Shown here: positions 58,869 to 64,000 of the stretch, piece after piece
Numbering within the stretch: the first letter of the stretch is position 1
Layout: each line of letters starts with the position of its first letter
Source of the DNA: Minisyncoccota bacterium
Lineage (GTDB): Bacteria; Patescibacteriota; Minisyncoccia; Phycocordibacterales; UBA5272
NCBI GenBank assembly: GCA_041651055.1
Contig: JBAZJW010000001.1
Coordinates: 373,325 to 437,324, forward strand
Direction: 5' to 3'
DNA length: 64,000 nucleotides
Notes under the pieces: model-generated
The model's database searches: none
The model's input: the letters and a program-made list of their open reading frames with translations, nothing else
Told to the model about the DNA's origin: nothing
Program-made: the position numbers and the translations under genes

Positions 58869-58889
58869 GTCTTGTAGTGTACTCTATTG

Positions 58890-59111
58890 TTAAAAAATAT
58901 CCTTATCCAATCTTGACTGGCGAACAATAGATAAAAAAGTTCCTACTGGTATCTCTCTTTTGTTCATCGGAACAATAACCACATATGATAATGACACATT
59001 GCAAAACTTTCCATGGCTCCCCTTTTGGGAAACAAAAATAAACCCATGATTCTCAAGAGTTTTTATGATTTCTTTAGATGATTTTAGCCTAGGCATACAA
59101 AGAAGTTTCAA
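58890..59111 (-). CDS. hicA: type II toxin-antitoxin system HicA-family toxin
   Basis: SKEIIKTLENHGFIFVSQKGSHGKF matches the HicA/YcfA-like motif. Confidence 0.65.
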   Translation of the reverse strand: MKLLCMPRLKSSKEIIKTLENHGFIFVSQKGSHGKFCNVSLSYVVIVPMNKREIPVGTFLSIVRQSRLDKDIF

Positions 59112-59307
59112 AAATAGCCGGAGTCCCTATTTTTGTTATCTTCTTAAGAGCGCTTATATCTTCAAAATAAAGCTCTAACGCTTCTTGTAAATTATTCTCT
59201 GCAGTTTTTTTAGTAGAACCAAAAGAAGAAACATCTACGTTTAGACACTGTGCAACGTAGTGCTTTCCTTCTTTCCAAACGACATTTCTTAAACTGATTT
59301 TTTTCAT
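59089..59307 (-). CDS. hicB: HicB-family antitoxin (UPF0150)
   Basis: KEGKHYVAQCLNVDVSSFGSTKKTAENNLQEALELYFE. Overlaps hicA by 23 nt. The start is probably MKKISL. Confidence 0.6.
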   Translation of the reverse strand: MKKISLRNVVWKEGKHYVAQCLNVDVSSFGSTKKTAENNLQEALELYFEDISALKKITKIGTPAIFETSLYA

Positions 59308-59561
59308 AATGTTATTATACAATAATAACCAACAGCCCACAAAAGCGCGACCCTTCGGGTCGCGCTTTTGTATTGTATCTGTATTCTAAAAAGTCAGAAA
59401 TTGTTTTAGCTACAAGGCACAGAAAATTTTTACGACTAAGGCGTACACCTAGTACGACGCATGTCTAGGAGCGAAGAGCGACGAAGAGTTCTGGGGCTAG
59501 CAAGCAAAAGAACACGAAAAATTTTCTGTAACGCAGTAGATGAAATAATTTATGACTTTTT

Positions 59562-60434
59562 TTACTTTTTACTGTTCCAGACGGTTAGTAGTGGTGAAGC
59601 CACAAAGATTGAAGAATATGTTCCCACAATCATTCCCACAATGAGTGTTAAAGTAAACCACTTCGTCATTTCAGGACCAAAGAAGAAGAGAGCGAGAAGC
59701 GCAAGAACCACAGTCACCGATGTGTTAATCGACCGTGTGAAAGTCTGCCTCAAACTCATTCCCACAATCTCTTCGAAGGAAGATTTCTTACTGCCATTCT
59801 TTAAGTTCTCACGAATTCTATCGAACACCACAATTTTATCCGAAATAGAAATACCGATAATAGTAAGGAGCGCAATAATAAACAATGTATCTATCTCTGC
59901 TCCATACTTGTGCGAGAGAAGTACATACACCCCTGTCGGCACCGTGATGTCATGAAGCAGTGTCACCATAGCAATCACTCCATATTTCCACGATGAAACC
60001 GGCTCTGACACTTCACGGAACGAGAATGCGATGAAAGCGAGAATTGCCAAGACTACGACAATAAGTGCAATGATGGCTTTCTTTGTCATTTCAGCACCAA
60101 GTGTTGGGCCGACAGTGTTTACCTGTGTGAACTGGAATGGAGTCCTATTGTTCACATTTCCAAGTGAAGAAATAATAGGACTGATGGCTTCGTATGTCTT
60201 TGCAGATACGAAACGATATGTTGTGTCTCCTGTTTTGTAGAGAGTGATGCCGTCTGCTTCAAATGATGAAGAAGAAAGTGCAGGAACTTCTTTCTCATAC
60301 GTAATATCAACAACAGATCCTCCTGTAAAATCGATGCCACGTTTTATTCCATATGAAGACATAAGGAATAAAGAACCGATAACAAGGGCGATTGAGAGAC
60401 CGATGAAGAATGTTTTATATTTAAGGATGTACAT
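59562..60434 (-). CDS. secF: protein translocase subunit SecF
   Basis: GIDFTGGSVVDITYEKE SecF N-terminus; 6 TM helices. Confidence 0.8.
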   Translation of the reverse strand: MYILKYKTFFIGLSIALVIGSLFLMSSYGIKRGIDFTGGSVVDITYEKEVPALSSSSFEADGITLYKTGDTTYRFVSAKTYEAISPIISSLGNVNNRTPFQFTQVNTVGPTLGAEMTKKAIIALIVVVLAILAFIAFSFREVSEPVSSWKYGVIAMVTLLHDITVPTGVYVLLSHKYGAEIDTLFIIALLTIIGISISDKIVVFDRIRENLKNGSKKSSFEEIVGMSLRQTFTRSINTSVTVVLALLALFFFGPEMTKWFTLTLIVGMIVGTYSSIFVASPLLTVWNSKK

Positions 60435-60488
60435 AATGTTAGGAGTTAAGGGTTAGGAGCTGTGAGCAAATACATGCAATACACACGA

Positions 60489-61778
60489 TTACTTTGTGTG
60501 AAATCCTGAACTAAAGAAGAACTTCATCAATCGACTTGTTGATTTATTTGCTATCGCTCGCATAAATACGCGAGTAACTAACTGTGCTGAGATAAGTGAC
60601 ACGACAGCACCCAAGAAGAACGTAAAGGCGAAACCTTTCACAACGGATGTTCCCATCCAGAAAAGAATTACCGATACGATAATCGCCGCAATGTGTGAGT
60701 CACGAATAGACGTCCACGCTCGTGCGAAGCCTGCCTCCACCGCATCAATAAGTCCTTTACCATTTCGTATTTCTTCTTTCATACGTTCGAAAGTGAGAAC
60801 GTTCGCGTCCACTGCGAGCCCTACCGAAATAATAAATCCTGCGATACCTGCTGAGGTAAGCGTAACGGGAATCACCTTAAAGAGCGCAAGCATAATCGCA
60901 GAGTAGGTTACAAGACCGAGTGACGCCATTACACCTGGCAATCTATACCATACAATCATGAAGATAATAACGAGAAGGAATCCGATAACCGCAGCCTTCA
61001 CACCAGCGTCCACTGCAGACGTACCAAGTGTCGGACCGACAATAGTCGTACCTGAAAGTGTGATCGGAAGTGGAAGAGCTCCAGCATTCAATCGTCCGAC
61101 CAAGGTGCGAGCCTCTTCTACGGTAAAGCTTCCAGAGATGACGGCTTTACCTCCCGTAATTTCTTCATTAACGGTTGGAGCTGAAATTGGCATACCGTCC
61201 AAGAAGATGGCTACCTGCTTACCGATATTTGCTTTTGTAATTGCTGCAAAAAGATTACTTCCTTCATTGTTGAACTGAAGAGAAACTTGTGGCTTGTTCG
61301 TTGTCTGATCAAAAACAAGTGTTGCCTTATCCAAGTAACGACCAGTAAGTGGTGATGGTTCGAAACTTTGAATGAATTCTAAAGTCGAAGTCCCTGTTGT
61401 AGCTGCACCCTTCTTTGGTGTACGGAATTCAAGCACTGGAGTCTCTCCGATCATCTTGGAAGCCTGTGCGACGTCAGTCACGCCAGGAAGTTCTACGATT
61501 AGACGCCATTCACTTGAAAGTCGCGAATACTGCGTAGTCACCGTCGGTTCACGCACACCGAAGAGATTCACACGACGTTCCACCACGTCACGAAGTGATG
61601 AAACACTTTCTGTGACATCAGTACCCTCCGGTAATGTTCCTGTTTCTATTTTATAGGTAAGAGCAGAACCTCCTGCGAGATCAAGCCCTAAAACGAAATC
61701 CTTTCCTCCTTTTACTAAAAAATATCCAATCGCAACCGTTGCCAAAATAACCCATACTGCCTTGATTTTTTGCTTCAT
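60489..61778 (-). CDS. secD: protein translocase subunit SecD
   Basis: LGLDLAGGSALTYK periplasmic-domain motif; C-terminal 6-TM SecDF core. Confidence 0.8.
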   Translation of the reverse strand: MKQKIKAVWVILATVAIGYFLVKGGKDFVLGLDLAGGSALTYKIETGTLPEGTDVTESVSSLRDVVERRVNLFGVREPTVTTQYSRLSSEWRLIVELPGVTDVAQASKMIGETPVLEFRTPKKGAATTGTSTLEFIQSFEPSPLTGRYLDKATLVFDQTTNKPQVSLQFNNEGSNLFAAITKANIGKQVAIFLDGMPISAPTVNEEITGGKAVISGSFTVEEARTLVGRLNAGALPLPITLSGTTIVGPTLGTSAVDAGVKAAVIGFLLVIIFMIVWYRLPGVMASLGLVTYSAIMLALFKVIPVTLTSAGIAGFIISVGLAVDANVLTFERMKEEIRNGKGLIDAVEAGFARAWTSIRDSHIAAIIVSVILFWMGTSVVKGFAFTFFLGAVVSLISAQLVTRVFMRAIANKSTSRLMKFFFSSGFHTK

Positions 61779-61843
61779 ATGGGATGTATTCTAGCACAAA
61801 AACTACCGCAAAAAAATAGACCAAATACTATACCGCATATCTA

Positions 61844-63475
61844 CTATTCTGGTATATATTTCCCTGGCGACAGAATATTTTGTGGATCAATTGCTTTTTT
61901 TATTCTTTTAAGAAAATTAAAGAAATTTTGAGAGTCACCTTCAAGAAACTTCATCGAATGGTTCCCGGCGCGATACAAGATATATCCATTTTTTATCAGC
62001 ACGGCAACCACGTCGTCATGACACTTTTTCGCTCTTTCACTCTCCTCTTTATTTCTTGCATCAAAACAAATCGTCATAACGGCGCACACAGACCTGTCAG
62101 ATACCATCGATATGGTTTGTAGCAGATCAAAATTATAGGTATTAAAAATAGGCTCGACCAACACAGTAAGGGTGTGAATGTCATCGCCCCTCATTGGCAA
62201 GATGGGAGAAATCCAATAAAAACCGGAACCATACTCGTACAAATCTTTTTTTCCACCTTCACTTCCATGAGAATCTTTCTTTATACGCCATAGCCCTCCT
62301 AACAAACTCGACGGAGGAGTCTTTCCTTTAAGGAGATCAAATGCCATTTTTACCTTTCTGGACAAATGCATGCTGTTTTTAGAAAAACCGAACCTTCTCA
62401 TCACATAAACATATTTCTCAAAAAGAAATAACCGAAACTCATCCATAATCAAAAGATGTCTTACCCCTTCGACATTCTTGAGTTTCTTCATAACTTTTAG
62501 AAGGTCTGCTTTATTTTGCTCTTTTGAACCATAAAATCCAGCAGTACCAGTCCAAAAACCAACACCATGTCTATCTCGCAATTCCCTTCTTTTCTCTTTG
62601 GAAAGATATGACCCTGAAGCCACTTCATCAAAAGGAAAGCGCTGTAGTGTAGAAATAGTACGCAAATCATTACTAATATGAACGACGGATTTTAACGTAC
62701 CGTCTATTTTAAGTGATCGGATATTCTCTATGAATGCGATGATGTCATTTTCTTCCTTTAAGACAAAGAAAAGAACCTTAAAATCTTCTGGTTTAGGAAG
62801 TAGCCATATAGTCATCTTTGTTACAACTCCGAGATTCGACTGCGTAAAAAGTCCATCTATGGACGGACCAACACCCCACTTGTAAACCTCGGAGACTTTA
62901 GAGTTTTCGTAGTGGCCGAACCCTGTATGTAATACCTCTCCAGTGGGAAGAACGACCTCGTAAGCACAACTGTGCGCGTACCTATCACCGTGTGGAGAAT
63001 GACCGAATCCTCTTTCCATTATATTTCCGATAATGCTCGTATCTGGACCTGCACCTGTGGCATCCATCCATACATTTACATGGTTATGTTCAAGATACTC
63101 ATACAGCTGCCCTTGCGTAACACCTGGCTCAATTGTTGCATAACACAATTCTTCATTGACCTCGATAATAGAGTTCATTCTGCTCAGGTCCAGTATGAGA
63201 TTCCCGTCATTCGGAGCGCACGCATCCGAATATCCCCAATTTTTACCTGTACTTATGGTGTGAACTTTTAATCCATGCGCGGAGGCAATTTTCAAAATAC
63301 TTTCTATTTCTTCTCTTGTTCTTGGTTTAACAATGGCACTTGGCACTGTACCTGTAGACAAGGTGCTACGAGAATACATCTCCCTGCTCTTTATATCAAT
63401 AAGGAGAAAAGATTTGCCAACAATATCTTCCAATTCTTTAATTGCCGCATCCAACATAGTGTGCTCGTGTCTCAT
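61844..63475 (-). CDS. FAD-binding oxidoreductase (PCMH-type, FAD-linked oxidase family)
   Basis: VPSAIVKPRTREEIESILKIASAHGLKVHTISTGKNWGYSDA FAD-binding-4 domain. Confidence 0.6.
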   Translation of the reverse strand: MRHEHTMLDAAIKELEDIVGKSFLLIDIKSREMYSRSTLSTGTVPSAIVKPRTREEIESILKIASAHGLKVHTISTGKNWGYSDACAPNDGNLILDLSRMNSIIEVNEELCYATIEPGVTQGQLYEYLEHNHVNVWMDATGAGPDTSIIGNIMERGFGHSPHGDRYAHSCAYEVVLPTGEVLHTGFGHYENSKVSEVYKWGVGPSIDGLFTQSNLGVVTKMTIWLLPKPEDFKVLFFVLKEENDIIAFIENIRSLKIDGTLKSVVHISNDLRTISTLQRFPFDEVASGSYLSKEKRRELRDRHGVGFWTGTAGFYGSKEQNKADLLKVMKKLKNVEGVRHLLIMDEFRLFLFEKYVYVMRRFGFSKNSMHLSRKVKMAFDLLKGKTPPSSLLGGLWRIKKDSHGSEGGKKDLYEYGSGFYWISPILPMRGDDIHTLTVLVEPIFNTYNFDLLQTISMVSDRSVCAVMTICFDARNKEESERAKKCHDDVVAVLIKNGYILYRAGNHSMKFLEGDSQNFFNFLKRIKKAIDPQNILSPGKYIPE

Positions 63476-63591
63476 CGTATAGTAAGTTTACAGGTATTGC
63501 TCCACTCTGCAAACATAAAGTGTATGTCCCTGTATGCATGCACGACTACTGCTATTCATGTAATACTGTGGAGAAGATTACACAAAAAACC

Positions 63592-64000
63592 ATGTCCCAG
63601 AAATTTTGGCAAAATGTATCAACTAATGCGTGGGAAGAAACTCCGTATCCATGGAGACCATGTTACAAAGACCTGGCTATTTTTATGTTTTATGTTCTAA
63701 GAAAAACAACAAAGAAAAAAGATGCTGTCGTGCTTCTCATAGGAGCAACCCGAGAGCTACGTTTTCTATTGTCATTTTTTAAAATAAAATATGACCTTAT
63801 CGATTACAGTGAAAATATGATAGCAGTAACCACTCCCAAACATGATGCCTCCGTGCGTGCGATATATCACCAGGACTGGTTCGAGACAATTCCTTCGCCG
63901 ACAAGGTATGATGTAATTTTAGGAGATCTCATTTTGAACCTCATACATAAAGAGGGTGTTGCCACCTTTTTCTCCATCTATAGAGAGCATATGGCGAAAG
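63592..64000 (+). CDS. hypothetical protein, 5' partial (continues beyond the window)
   Basis: Open frame from ATG 63592 to the window end (MSQKFWQNVSTNAWEETPYPW...). Possibly a methyltransferase. Confidence 0.3.
   Translation, partial: MSQKFWQNVSTNAWEETPYPWRPCYKDLAIFMFYVLRKTTKKKDAVVLLIGATRELRFLLSFFKIKYDLIDYSENMIAVTTPKHDASVRAIYHQDWFETIPSPTRYDVILGDLILNLIHKEGVATFFSIYREHMAK

Overview
This 64 kb window reads like a small, gene-dense bacterial genome of roughly 40% GC, most consistent with a Patescibacteria (CPR)-like organism. That placement is inferred from short housekeeping proteins, a 16S rRNA gene that carries an insertion and is not linked to a 23S gene, many small secreted or membrane proteins, and a large cell-surface glycan locus.

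Recognisable genes include gyrA (partial), pth, lepB, hisS, rpsU, ybeY, ftsA-ftsZ, a trxB-like gene, an ABC exporter, an NRAMP transporter, an HTH-MurA fusion, rlmH, tsaD, rsmI, murB, cmk, dsbB, a hicAB pair, secDF, three tRNAs (Val, Glu, Ile) and one 16S rRNA.

The locus from about 32.1 to 45.6 kb encodes roughly 14 enzymes for surface polysaccharide synthesis or glycosylation:
- glycosyltransferases of families GT2, GT25 and GT32, plus a GT-D (DUF1792) enzyme;
- a Wzx flippase, a carbamoyltransferase and an epimerase;
- a GDP-mannose mannosyl hydrolase and three methyltransferases.
An O-antigen-ligase-like protein with a TPR tail sits just upstream of it.

Three things stand out:
1. Short non-coding repeats are unusually abundant. 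These include an A-rich AAAACT box placed before leaderless TATACT promoters, CCTAAC/GTTAG tandem and dispersed repeats, long perfect palindromes, small MITE-like elements, and duplicated tRNA fragments with an 84-bp exact repeat shared by two tRNA loci 30 kb apart.
2. Several GC-rich (50-57%) islands encode orphan proteins and share a conserved AAAGGAGACC leader. One of them encodes a secreted cysteine-rich protein next to two tiny membrane proteins.
3. One operon couples a VirD4/TraG-like ATPase to a secreted lamin-tail-domain protein and a glycoside-hydrolase-like protein.

No CRISPR array, integrase or transposase gene was recognised.
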